A DNA stretch of 63,393 nucleotides, counting the filler. It is 3 parts of 3 records of this genome, joined end to end, with 100 filler letters (N's around TTAATTAATTAA, not from the genome) between each part and the next. Parts side by side here need not be neighbours in the genome. Positions count along the whole stretch, not along the records: positions 1 to 27,605 come from SRR31156797_322; positions 27,706 to 54,994 come from SRR31156797_324; 1 more part is not named here. One strand, given 5' to 3'. Positions 20,816 to 30,882 of this stretch are shown here, one piece after another (the stretch's first letter is position 1; the number at the start of each line of letters is the position of its first letter). The position numbers and the translations under genes are program-made. The notes beneath the pieces are model-generated. The model was given only the letters and a program-made list of their open reading frames with translations. It did not search any database and was not told where the DNA came from.

Positions 20816-21913
20816 ATGATACGACTAAATTTTATATTATTACTTGTTTTGAGTTTAAGTGCATATGCACAGAAGCCAATGCCCAGCGATAAAAAGGCAA
20901 CTAAAGAAACAGTAAAACTGTATCAAAACCTTCTGAAAATAAAAAAAGAAGGAATTATGTTTGGTCACCAGGATGCCTTGGCATATGGCGAAGGATGGTA
21001 TGGCGAAGAAGGGCGTTCGGATGTTAAATCAGTTTGTGGCGATTATCCTGCTGTTTATGGTTGGGAAATTGGACACCTTGAGCTCGGAGATAAGTACAGC
21101 CTGGATTCGGTTGGTTTTAAAGATATTCAACAGTGGATTAAAACAGCTTATAATAGAGGAGGTGTTAATACTATTAGTTGGCACCTTCGAAATCCGTATA
21201 CCGGAGGTTCCTCTTGGGATACTTCTTCTGACAAGGTAGTGGCATCGATTTTACCGGGTGGTGAAAAACATGATTTATACGTTGAGTGGTTGGATAAGCT
21301 TGCGGTTTTTTTTAAGGGATTGAAAACGGATAATGGAACTTTTATTCCAATTTTGTTTCGACCCTTTCACGAACATTCCGGAAGCTGGTTTTGGTGGGGA
21401 AAAAATTTGTGTTCAGTGGAAGATTATATTGCACTATGGCATTTTACAGTAAGTTATCTGCAAAACGAAAAAGGAATTCACCATCTGCTTTATACTTATT
21501 CCACCGATAGATTTGAGACCCAGGAAGATTACCTTGAACGTTATCCGGGAGATGAATACATCGATATTTTGGGATTTGATCTTTATGACCGGGGGCCCTA
21601 TTATTCGTCAAGTCTTAAAAATTGTGCAGAAAAGGTCAGTCGTTTAGCAGTTGAAAAAGGAAAGATTGCAACGGTTAGCGAAACTGGTGGCCCGATCAAT
21701 AAAAATCACCAATGGTGGACTCATGTACTTAATATTTTGAGGCCATACGAACTATCCTATGTTTTGGTGTGGCGTAATCCTTTTCGCCCTACCGATCATG
21801 CCAATTTTGCACCCTATAAAGGGAGTCCTGATTCCGATGATTTTGTCAAGTTTTATAAGGATGGACATACATTCTTTCAGAATGAGATTTTAAATAAAAT
21901 GATTTATAAATAG
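20816..21913 (+). CDS. GH26 beta-mannanase
   Basis: MFGHQD, SWHLRNP, FRPFHEHSGSWFWWG, SETG, LVWRN. The ATG at 20816 (signal peptide follows) is preferred to the TTG at 20783. Confidence 0.9.
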   Translation: MIRLNFILLLVLSLSAYAQKPMPSDKKATKETVKLYQNLLKIKKEGIMFGHQDALAYGEGWYGEEGRSDVKSVCGDYPAVYGWEIGHLELGDKYSLDSVGFKDIQQWIKTAYNRGGVNTISWHLRNPYTGGSSWDTSSDKVVASILPGGEKHDLYVEWLDKLAVFFKGLKTDNGTFIPILFRPFHEHSGSWFWWGKNLCSVEDYIALWHFTVSYLQNEKGIHHLLYTYSTDRFETQEDYLERYPGDEYIDILGFDLYDRGPYYSSSLKNCAEKVSRLAVEKGKIATVSETGGPINKNHQWWTHVLNILRPYELSYVLVWRNPFRPTDHANFAPYKGSPDSDDFVKFYKDGHTFFQNEILNKMIYK

Positions 21914-22331
21914 GTTCTCGATTCCAATAAAAAGAGAAGAGCTATGAATAAAAAAATAATATTGGGGGATTACCTGGGTAGAACGAATCGTTCTAAGGTT
22001 GTACAACATGCTTTTTTAGTTCGCCTCTGTATGTTGCTGTTATACAGTGCATTGTGGGGGCGTTGGTTTTTGGGGGAACTTGCTGGGAAACAAATTGTAC
22101 CACCATTTTTTACAAAAAATACAGTCCGAATTTGAAATACTGAATAACTTGCGCCGATATTGTTGAAGTGACAATAAGTATCAAGCTAAGAAAAACACTT
22201 ATGGACAGGAATTCTTTTACTGCAGCATTTTTTACTCTTCAAATAAATGGCATGCGTATTTCTGGTCATAAAAAATAATAAAAGAGAAAAATTATTGTGA
22301 ACACTATGTCAAACCAAAATCAGATTATTCT

Positions 22332-25300
22332 ATGAATGAGAAGCTAGTTAAGGGAAATTTCGTTAGAAACTTTTCTACAGGCAGGATTTTATCGTCCATA
22401 GCGATGATATTAGTCCTAGTGCTATCGGCTAATTTGTATTCGAGCGCAGAGAATGTGCCCGGTTTACAAAAAAAGAGTATAACAGGAACCGTTATCTCTG
22501 CGTCTGACAATCAACCGGTAATTGGAGCCTCAGTTGTTATTGAGGGAACAACTTCCGGAACAGTTACAGACATCGACGGTAAGTTTACACTTGAGGCTGA
22601 AGCTAATGACGTAATTATTGTATCGTTTATTGGTTATAAACCTTACAAATTTACTGTTGGAGACCAAACCTCTTTTTCAATTACCATTGAAGAAGATATG
22701 ACTGACCTTGAAGAGGTAGTTGTTGTTGGTTATGGTGTGCAGAAGAAAAAGCTTGTTACAGGTGCAACTGTGCAGGTTAGTGGAGAAAATCTTCAAAAAA
22801 TGAGCACAACCAGTCCGCTGGGCGCTTTACAGAGTCAAACTCCGGGGGTGAACATTACACAAAGTTCAGGTCAACCAGGTGAAGGGTTTAAAGTAACCAT
22901 TCGTGGTATTGGTACAACGGGTAACTCTAGTCCTCTTTATGTTATCGATGGTGTTGCAGGTGGCGATATTAACGCACTAAATCCATCCGACATTGAATCG
23001 ATTGACGTATTAAAAGATGCAGCATCTTCGGCTATTTATGGAGCGCGTGCAGCAAACGGGGTAATTCTTGTGACTACCAAAAAAGGTAAAGCCGGTAAAA
23101 TGCAAGTAACTTACGATGGTTACTATGGTATTCAGAATCCTTATAAAGTTCCTTCATCACTTACTGCTAGCGAGTATATGACAATACTTGACGAGGTTAA
23201 CTTTAATGAGGGATTGGCTGCTAACGATTGGGCTGGAATGATGCCTGAATTGTATCAACGCGTACAGAATGGTTGGGAAGGAACAAATTGGTTAGAGGAA
23301 ATAGAAAACTCTAATGCCCCAATTCAAAACCATGCTGTAAACATTCTTGGTGGAAATGATATGTCGAGGTTTTCCATTGGTTTTTCTTATGCCGATGAAG
23401 AAGGTATCTATGGTTCTCCGGTTGAACCAAATTATAAGCGTTATACCGTGCGTATAAATTCCGACCATGTTCTTTATGAAAAAGACGGTTTGGATGTTAT
23501 TAAATTTGGTGAAAACCTAAATTACAGTTACAACAATAAGATGGGTATCGGTATTGGTAACATTTACTGGAATGATATTCATAATATGTTGGTTGCTACT
23601 CCGTTAATGCCAGTTTATAACGACGAAGGTGAATATTGGGATCGTGATGCCAATAGTGACTCAGGGTTAGATAACCTGAGCCCTAACCTAACGAACCCAA
23701 TTGCTTCTATGGTATACAATAGAGGCCAGAATATTTCTAAAAACCATACATTGCAGGCTAACGGATATCTCGAAATTCAGCCAATTAAAGATTTGGTACT
23801 GAAAAGTAGTTTTGGATATAAACTAAATGCGGGGTCATATAGAAGTTATGTTCCTGAATACGATTTATCTGTAAGTTCAATTAATACTGTAGACAAAGTT
23901 AACCAGAGTATGTATGCTGGTTACTCTTGGACTTGGGAAAACACCATTCGTTATGCAACTAATTTTGGTTCGCACAATATTGATGGATTAATTGGACAGT
24001 CGATGGAAAAATCGGGAATGGGTGAAAACTTGGAAATTACAAACGGAAACTCTTTGTTTAGTGATTTTGATCATGCCTGGATTGAAAACACCCCATCTTA
24101 TACTTCTGGTATTACATCCTGGAGTGGTGAACCTTGGGGCGAAGGAGGATTGTTGTCGTTCTTTGGTCGTGTAAACTATAACTACGAAGAAAAGTATATG
24201 CTTACGGTTGTAATGCGTGCTGATGGTTCTTCAAACTTTGCTGAAGGAAATCGCTGGGGATATTTCCCGTCCGTTTCAGCAGGTTGGGTAGTTACCAACG
24301 AATCATTCCTTGAAAATAGTGATGATGTACTTGATTTCCTAAAACTTCGTGCCAGCTGGGGGCAAAATGGTAATGCGTCAATTTCAAATTTCCAATACCT
24401 TGCCACCGTAGCTTTCGACGACAGTAACGCTTATTCATTCGGAAACTCAAAAGATTCGCAATCAACTGGTGGATATGCTGATATACTTCCAAATGAGGAT
24501 ATTACCTGGGAAACATCAGAGCAGTTAAATATTGGAGTTGATGCACGTTTCCTTGACTCGCGTTTAGGAATGGCTTTCGATTATTATATCAAAACAACAA
24601 AAGACTGGTTGGTTGTAGCTCCAACACTTGCTTCTTATGGTACAGGTGCTCCTTACATTAATGGTGGGGATGTTGAAAACAAAGGTTTTGAATTGGCCTT
24701 AACATGGAATGATAATATTGGTGATTTTACTTACGGTGTGAACCTGAACATGGCACACAATAAAAACGAAGTTACCAGAATTGCAAACGGTGAAGGCATT
24801 ATTCATGGAGAATCCAATGTTTTAAGTCAGGGAACTACTGAAATGTACCGTGCCGAAGAAGGATATTCAATTGGTTATTTCTGGGGATACAAAACAGATG
24901 GTGTTTTTCAGAATGCTGAGGATGTTGCAGCAGCAGGAGGGGTAACCCTTCAGGACGATCCTCAACCAGGAGACCTAAAGTTTGTGGATACCAATGGCGA
25001 TGGAGCTATTACAACTGATGATAAGGTAGAGATTGGAAATCCTCATCCTGATTTTACAATTGGTTTTAACCTGAATCTAGGTTACAAAGGATTCGATCTT
25101 TCTATAAATACTAATGGAGCTTTTGGTCATCAAATTGCAAAATCTTACCGATCATTTGCTGATACTTATGTTCAGAACTATACTACCGAGATATTTGGTC
25201 GTTGGCATGGTGAAGGAACATCAAACAAACTTCCCCGTTTAACCAGCGGTAGTAATACAAACTGGCAAGAGATTTCAGACATCTATATTGAAGATGCTGA

Positions 25301-25538
25301 CTTTGTGAAAATCCAGAATGTTACTCTTGGGTACGATTTCAAAAAATTATTTGAGAATTTACCATTTGGACAGGCACGTTTATTTGTAACGGCCAAAAAT
25401 CTATACACGTTTACCAATTACTCTGGTCAGGATCCTGAAATTGGTTACGGATACGGAGAAGACTGGGTTAGTGGTATTGACTTAGGATTTTACCCAAGTC
25501 CGAGAACTTACCTAATGGGTGTTAATCTTAAATTTTAA
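22332..25538 (+). CDS. susC: SusC/RagA TonB-dependent transporter
   Basis: LEEVVVVGYG, DIESIDVLKDAASSAIYGARAANGVILVTTKKG, C-terminal YPSPRTYLMGVNLKF. Confidence 0.96.
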   Translation: MNEKLVKGNFVRNFSTGRILSSIAMILVLVLSANLYSSAENVPGLQKKSITGTVISASDNQPVIGASVVIEGTTSGTVTDIDGKFTLEAEANDVIIVSFIGYKPYKFTVGDQTSFSITIEEDMTDLEEVVVVGYGVQKKKLVTGATVQVSGENLQKMSTTSPLGALQSQTPGVNITQSSGQPGEGFKVTIRGIGTTGNSSPLYVIDGVAGGDINALNPSDIESIDVLKDAASSAIYGARAANGVILVTTKKGKAGKMQVTYDGYYGIQNPYKVPSSLTASEYMTILDEVNFNEGLAANDWAGMMPELYQRVQNGWEGTNWLEEIENSNAPIQNHAVNILGGNDMSRFSIGFSYADEEGIYGSPVEPNYKRYTVRINSDHVLYEKDGLDVIKFGENLNYSYNNKMGIGIGNIYWNDIHNMLVATPLMPVYNDEGEYWDRDANSDSGLDNLSPNLTNPIASMVYNRGQNISKNHTLQANGYLEIQPIKDLVLKSSFGYKLNAGSYRSYVPEYDLSVSSINTVDKVNQSMYAGYSWTWENTIRYATNFGSHNIDGLIGQSMEKSGMGENLEITNGNSLFSDFDHAWIENTPSYTSGITSWSGEPWGEGGLLSFFGRVNYNYEEKYMLTVVMRADGSSNFAEGNRWGYFPSVSAGWVVTNESFLENSDDVLDFLKLRASWGQNGNASISNFQYLATVAFDDSNAYSFGNSKDSQSTGGYADILPNEDITWETSEQLNIGVDARFLDSRLGMAFDYYIKTTKDWLVVAPTLASYGTGAPYINGGDVENKGFELALTWNDNIGDFTYGVNLNMAHNKNEVTRIANGEGIIHGESNVLSQGTTEMYRAEEGYSIGYFWGYKTDGVFQNAEDVAAAGGVTLQDDPQPGDLKFVDTNGDGAITTDDKVEIGNPHPDFTIGFNLNLGYKGFDLSINTNGAFGHQIAKSYRSFADTYVQNYTTEIFGRWHGEGTSNKLPRLTSGSNTNWQEISDIYIEDADFVKIQNVTLGYDFKKLFENLPFGQARLFVTAKNLYTFTNYSGQDPEIGYGYGEDWVSGIDLGFYPSPRTYLMGVNLKF

Positions 25539-25550
25539 CGACTTAAGAAC

Positions 25551-27281
25551 ATGAAAAATTTATCAATTATATTCGTTATTGCAGCATCAATGCTGTTAAT
25601 GAGTTGTGAGGATTTTCTTGACACAACAAACTATACGAAAAAGGATACATCAAATTATCCCGAAACTGTTACCGATGCGGAGCAGGTGCTTACAGGTATT
25701 TATTCAAACCTGAACTATGCTTCTGCTTCTCCTCATACTTCTTTTTATTACGCTGCTGAATTGGCCTCAGATGACCGTTTTGGCGGGGGTGGCGAGAACG
25801 ACAAATTAATGCAATCGCTTGACTTGATTATGAACAACGGTTCAAGCATGTTAGAAGAGTTCTGGAGTGTACGTTATACCGGTATTTTCCGTGCCAATAT
25901 GGCTATTGAAACATTAGATAACTGTGACGGTTATGAAAACGAAGACCAAAAGAACCAAATGAAAGGTGAAGCCTATTTTATGCGTGCCTTTTTCTACTAC
26001 GAAATGGCTTCGTTTTATGGAGAGGTACCATTGGTTGTAACTACCGAAGCAGTTAATTTGCCAAAAGCCTCGGCAGAAGAGATCTTTGCACAAATAGCAA
26101 CCGACTTGAAAACAGCTATTGAGTTAATGCCTTCAAAAACATATTCAAGTATTGAGGCAGGTCATGCAACAAAATGGACAGCTCAGGCTTTAATGGCAAG
26201 AGCATTCTTGTTCTATACCGGTTATTATGGTACAGATGCACTTCCATTGGTTGGCGAAGATGGAACTATTTCTGGTTCGGTAACTAAAAGTGAAGTAATT
26301 GCCTGGTTAGAAGATTGTATTACGAATAGTGGTCACGAACTGGTTGACGACTACCGCGAATTATGGCCTTATTCTAATCGATATACGGTTGAAGAGTATG
26401 AATTTACCAAAGATCAAAATTTGGAGTGGGTTGAAAATGATGGTGCAGTAAACCCTGAAACAATGTTTGCTGTAAAATATTCGAACTTCCCTGATTGGGG
26501 AACCACAATTGGTTACGCAAACCAGTATGCATTGCACTTTGGTTTACGTGGTGGTCAGGATTATGAAAATACTTTCCCGTTCGGACAAGGATGGGGAGCT
26601 GGGCCGGTTGTTCCTACAATTTGGGATGAATGGTTACAAGCTGAACCTGAGGATACAATCCGTCGTGAAGGTTCGATTATTAACATTCCGGTTGAATTGC
26701 CAAACTATGCTAAAGGTGGTTGGACTGATTTTATCCAGGAAACAGATTACTGGAATAAAAAAATGGTTCCTGTAACTGCTCGAAATCCTGAAGATAGTAC
26801 ACTGGCTTCGTCATACAGTGTTTTAATGTACGGAACAGAAGATAACTTCCAGCTCGATAATACAATGGATCTTATCATTATTCGTTACGCAGATGTTCTG
26901 CTAATGCATTCGGAATTAACCGAAACAAATACCAATATGAATAAGGTACGGACCCGTGCTGGTCTCGACGACTTACCTTATTCTTTGGAAAACATCCAGA
27001 AAGAACGCCGTTGGGAGCTGGCATTTGAAGGAGTACGTTGGAACGATATCCGTCGTTGGGGTATTGCTGCTACCGAATTGGAAAAGCAAATTGGTCAGTC
27101 GATATATACCAAAGGGACGGATGACGTAAGTAAAGGATTTGGAGGTGGATATGCTGCCCGTTATAACGAAACCGGTGGATTCTTCCCAATTCCTGAATCA
27201 CAAATTCTGTTGTCTGACGGTGTGCTTGAACAAAACGCTGGTTGGGGAACCTCAGCTGCGGAATATACCGGTTGGAAATAA
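25551..27281 (+). CDS. susD: SusD/RagB surface glycan-binding lipoprotein
   Basis: Lipobox LMSC, GEAYFMRAFFY, IRYADVLLM, ERRWELAFEGVRWNDIRRWG. Confidence 0.95.
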   Translation: MKNLSIIFVIAASMLLMSCEDFLDTTNYTKKDTSNYPETVTDAEQVLTGIYSNLNYASASPHTSFYYAAELASDDRFGGGGENDKLMQSLDLIMNNGSSMLEEFWSVRYTGIFRANMAIETLDNCDGYENEDQKNQMKGEAYFMRAFFYYEMASFYGEVPLVVTTEAVNLPKASAEEIFAQIATDLKTAIELMPSKTYSSIEAGHATKWTAQALMARAFLFYTGYYGTDALPLVGEDGTISGSVTKSEVIAWLEDCITNSGHELVDDYRELWPYSNRYTVEEYEFTKDQNLEWVENDGAVNPETMFAVKYSNFPDWGTTIGYANQYALHFGLRGGQDYENTFPFGQGWGAGPVVPTIWDEWLQAEPEDTIRREGSIINIPVELPNYAKGGWTDFIQETDYWNKKMVPVTARNPEDSTLASSYSVLMYGTEDNFQLDNTMDLIIIRYADVLLMHSELTETNTNMNKVRTRAGLDDLPYSLENIQKERRWELAFEGVRWNDIRRWGIAATELEKQIGQSIYTKGTDDVSKGFGGGYAARYNETGGFFPIPESQILLSDGVLEQNAGWGTSAAEYTGWK

Positions 27282-27308
27282 TTGAGATAAAATTTAAAAT
27301 GAACTGAG

Positions 27309-27605
27309 ATGAAAAAATCAATCATATATTCTTTAATAATAATATTGGCAGCGTTTTACGCGTGCGATCCAATTGAAGACAGGGATGAAATTGGTTATCC
27401 TATAACGGCCGATGAGCTGGATGTTACTGCCACGCCTGTAGTTGTGGATGGAGTAAACTCAAACAAGGTTATTCTTGAAAATCATAGTCCGGTAAATTCT
27501 GAATGGAATTATGGTGTTGGGATAACAAGAAAATCCTGCGATACTGTATTGATGGTAGTAACAGGTTCTTCAACTATTACGTTCACAGGTCTTAATCCTG
27601 ATGGA
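27309..27605 (+). CDS. PUL lipoprotein, truncated at the contig end
   Basis: Lipobox FYAC-DP after susD; the frame is open until the N run. Confidence 0.75.
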
Positions 27606-27705
27606 NNNNNNNNNNNNNNNNNNNNNNNNNNNNNNNNNNNNNNNNNNNNTTAATTAATTAANNNNNNNNNNNNNNNNNNNNNNNNNNNNNNNNNNNNNNN
27701 NNNNN
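27606..27705. other. Artificial contig linker (N44-TTAATTAATTAA-N44)
   Basis: Exactly 100 nt with a six-frame stop core; identical to 54995-55094. Confidence 0.97.
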
Positions 27706-27795
27706 AAATGACTTGTTTTGAAGCAGTTTCAATATATAATAGACTTTTTAATGCATATTCCAGGTATTATAAATGTTGAACCAAAATAAAACAAA

Positions 27796-28638
27796 ATGAA
27801 AACAAAAGCTTTAACAATTACCGTATTCATGTCAATGCTGCTGATTTATGCCAGTTCGTTGTATTGTCAGAAAAATGCTCAAATTAAGAAGTACCTGGAA
27901 AGCCTTCCTAAAAATCTTAAGCTTGAAGAGAAAACGCCACAGAAATATCTTATGACGGCAGAATACTTCAATAAAGATATCTATGGTAACTTAGGCAGTA
28001 AAGTAAAAATTACCGGGGTATACACAAGAGGTTTAAAGGATGAGTCTGTTAGGTGGAACAATACTTATCTATCTAAAACCTATAACCAAGCTGAAGCATA
28101 CGCGAGCAGCATAAAACAAGATTATATGGAAGGGCTGACCTATAATCCGTCATCGAAAATATTAGATGAGTCCTTTTTTGAAGTCTTCGAAAAAAGTGAG
28201 GACCATATTTTTGCACGCAATTTAATTTGGGATATGACCGCCATAGAAAAATTTGCATGGGCTTACTTTGATTCTCTGCAATTAAACAAAACCTATGTAG
28301 TGCCCGAAGTTCAAGGTGCATTTAATATGGCCGATGTGGGCACGTACAATCATGCGAAGGTGGAACTGAACTGGATTGGAATTTCGATGATGAATAATAA
28401 ACTATGTGCTGTTATTGAATACTGGGCTCTAGATAATAAGCTGGAATTACACACCGAAAACATAAACTCAAAAGGCAGTGAACTGTATTGGGGCAAAACC
28501 TGGGTTGCGCTCGAAAATAAACAAATTGAATATGCCGAAATGTATAGCAACACTATTCAAGATATGGAAATTAAGAGTTTACCGGATAAGATAATGGCCT
28601 GCACTAAACGAGTACTAAAGCTGGAAAGAATCAAATAG
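27796..28638 (+). CDS. Exported hypothetical protein
   Basis: Signal peptide and 280-aa open frame; no recognised motif. Confidence 0.6.
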   Translation: MKTKALTITVFMSMLLIYASSLYCQKNAQIKKYLESLPKNLKLEEKTPQKYLMTAEYFNKDIYGNLGSKVKITGVYTRGLKDESVRWNNTYLSKTYNQAEAYASSIKQDYMEGLTYNPSSKILDESFFEVFEKSEDHIFARNLIWDMTAIEKFAWAYFDSLQLNKTYVVPEVQGAFNMADVGTYNHAKVELNWIGISMMNNKLCAVIEYWALDNKLELHTENINSKGSELYWGKTWVALENKQIEYAEMYSNTIQDMEIKSLPDKIMACTKRVLKLERIK

Positions 28639-28784
28639 ATGAGTAAGTTTGACGGTATAAAACCGGCATGGCCGAAGCTAATAATTAGACCACACCGGAG
28701 CTTGATTGAATTTTTAACCGCTTATCAGCTTTTTGCTATTTTTAAACATAAACAAGCCATAAATATATATTCTCACACATAAGA

Positions 28785-29888
28785 ATGATTGACATGGCAT
28801 GTTCCATCAAACCAATAAAAACCAGACAAATGAAAACAAGAGGAATAAAAGATTTATACTTACCCAAAGGAATTGCCAAGCATGTAAAGTTTATACTTTT
28901 TTGTGCTGCCTTTACGCCTATTTGGGGTTTAATAACAAAAGTCGAACTTGATAAAAACTACCTTCTCAGTACATTTATTATAATGTGCATAGTTATTGAA
29001 ATTGTGAATTTGATATCGCATAGAATCTTAAAAATAAAAATAGAATCTTCTCCCAAATCAAGTAGCTGGAAAGAAATAATACGCGTATATCTTTTTCGTT
29101 TGCTATTGTTTTATATCATCTGCATAACCATAACCTCCATACTTGTGCTGTTGTATTTATATTTGTTCCATAAAGTGCAAGGATATGATATGCCTTCCGG
29201 AGAATGGTTTTTCAATATTTTTCTTAACACGGCCAAAGTAACAGCCATTGGATTTTTATTTGCGAGCCCAATATTTTTCTTTATTCCCTGGCAACAATCC
29301 TTAAAAAGAGAATACGAACTTCGCGAACAAAACCTGATCTTTCAAAACGAAACGTTAAAAAGCCAGGTAAATCCACATTTCTTATTCAATAGTTTAAATA
29401 CCTTGACTTCTTTGATGAATAACGAGGTTGAAATAGCCAACCAGTTTGTTGGAAAACTATCACTTATTTACCGCTATATTCTTGATAATTCGGTTAAAAC
29501 AAAGATTCCTTTGGAAGAGGAAATAAATTTTATCAAGGATTACTTTTATATGCATCAAATACGTAGCGAAGGAAAAATTAAACTCCATATTCACATCACG
29601 GACGATGCATATAAATACGAAATATTACCGGTATCCCTGCAGTTATTAGTTGAAAATGCCATAAAGCACAATATGGCAACCGCCGAAAAACCATTGGATA
29701 TTAATATTTATCTGGAAGATGGGTATATTGTGGTCCATAACAATATACAGAAAATGGCCACTCAAATTGTTTCCACAAAAATAGGACTTAAAAACCTGAA
29801 GGAAAGAGTGCGATTGATTGCGGGTAAAGAGATTGTTATTTCAGAAACAGAAGAAGATTTTATCGTAAAAGTTCCCTTGACCACATGA
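28785..29888 (+). CDS. LytS-type membrane histidine kinase (start possibly 28830)
   Basis: About 4 TM helices, LKSQVNPHFLFNSLN, LQLLVENAIKHN. Confidence 0.9.
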   Translation: MIDMACSIKPIKTRQMKTRGIKDLYLPKGIAKHVKFILFCAAFTPIWGLITKVELDKNYLLSTFIIMCIVIEIVNLISHRILKIKIESSPKSSSWKEIIRVYLFRLLLFYIICITITSILVLLYLYLFHKVQGYDMPSGEWFFNIFLNTAKVTAIGFLFASPIFFFIPWQQSLKREYELREQNLIFQNETLKSQVNPHFLFNSLNTLTSLMNNEVEIANQFVGKLSLIYRYILDNSVKTKIPLEEEINFIKDYFYMHQIRSEGKIKLHIHITDDAYKYEILPVSLQLLVENAIKHNMATAEKPLDINIYLEDGYIVVHNNIQKMATQIVSTKIGLKNLKERVRLIAGKEIVISETEEDFIVKVPLTT

Positions 29889-30640
29889 ATGTTTTAGTAG
29901 TAGAAAATGAAAATCCTGCAGTTGAAGGACTAATTAATCAGTTAAAAAAGATTGATCCCGATATTCATATTATCGGGATTACGCAATCTGTAGAGTCAAC
30001 CATAAACTGGTTTCAGAGCCATCCAAATCCCGATCTTATTTTTATGGATATTCAGCTCGATGACGGCCTTTGTTTTGAAATATTTGAAACAATGAAGATG
30101 GACACACCCGTTATTTTTACTACAGCCTATAATGAATATATGCTCTCTGCATTTAAGGTGAATAGTGTAGATTACTTATTAAAACCTATTGAAGAAAAAA
30201 GTCTGCGCCAGGCGATTGATAAATTTAAGTCTATTCATTACAATGCTTCCATAAATAATGAGGTAATAAAGCAATTGCTAACTGAACTAAACAAGGAATA
30301 TAAAAATCGGTTTCTGATTAAGGTAGGCGAAAACTACAAATCGATTCCCGATAAAGAAATTGCTTGTTTTTACATATTGGAACGAGCTACTTTCCTCAGA
30401 ACCATTTCTGATAAAGATTATGCCATTGATTATTCTCTGGATAGTTTGCAGGAAATCATTAACCCGGATAAGTTTTTCAGAATCAATAGAAATAGCATTA
30501 TCAATATTAATGAGATCAATGATATACTCAGTTATTCTTCGAGCAGATTAAAAATTAAACTTAACAGCAACAAACCCATACATGATTTAATTGTGAGTAA
30601 GGACAAAGTAAAAGAATTTAAAAAATGGATTGATAAGTAA
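29885..30640 (+). CDS. LytTR-family response regulator
   Basis: FMDIQL, FTTAY, DYLLKP, FFRINR; ATGA overlap with the kinase. Confidence 0.92.
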   Translation: MNVLVVENENPAVEGLINQLKKIDPDIHIIGITQSVESTINWFQSHPNPDLIFMDIQLDDGLCFEIFETMKMDTPVIFTTAYNEYMLSAFKVNSVDYLLKPIEEKSLRQAIDKFKSIHYNASINNEVIKQLLTELNKEYKNRFLIKVGENYKSIPDKEIACFYILERATFLRTISDKDYAIDYSLDSLQEIINPDKFFRINRNSIININEINDILSYSSSRLKIKLNSNKPIHDLIVSKDKVKEFKKWIDK

Positions 30641-30659
30641 GGACTCTGCTCCTATCATT

Positions 30660-30719
30660 TATATTCTGAACATTTTACCTCTCTCCCAATAATTATTATG
30701 TATATTCGTTTGCATATAA
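30660..30719 (+). repeat. About 60-bp intergenic repeat, copy 1
   Basis: Aligns to 32711-32768 at 50/60 positions by manual alignment; contains TATATTCG (a -7-like box). Confidence 0.75.
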
Positions 30720-30882
30720 AAGAACGATATAAGTAATTGAGATTATAGTTTTGTTGGGAGCCACCAAAAAAGTTTTTCAACTCCCAAAATTTTAATATGG
30801 CCTATAAATAATAACACTTGTTGGAATTGAAAAGAAGTATAATTAGCTGGTTTTATGTAACCACTCTTAAAATCTAAAAACA

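Noticed and set aside
21944-22135. 63-aa ORF between GH26 and susC
   Set aside because: It has no motif and overlaps the likely susC regulatory region; it cannot be supported as a gene.
27650-27661. TTAATTAATTAA palindrome (also at 55039-55050) as a biological site
   Set aside because: It is centred in identical N44 flanks and is a six-frame stop linker, so it is an assembly artefact.
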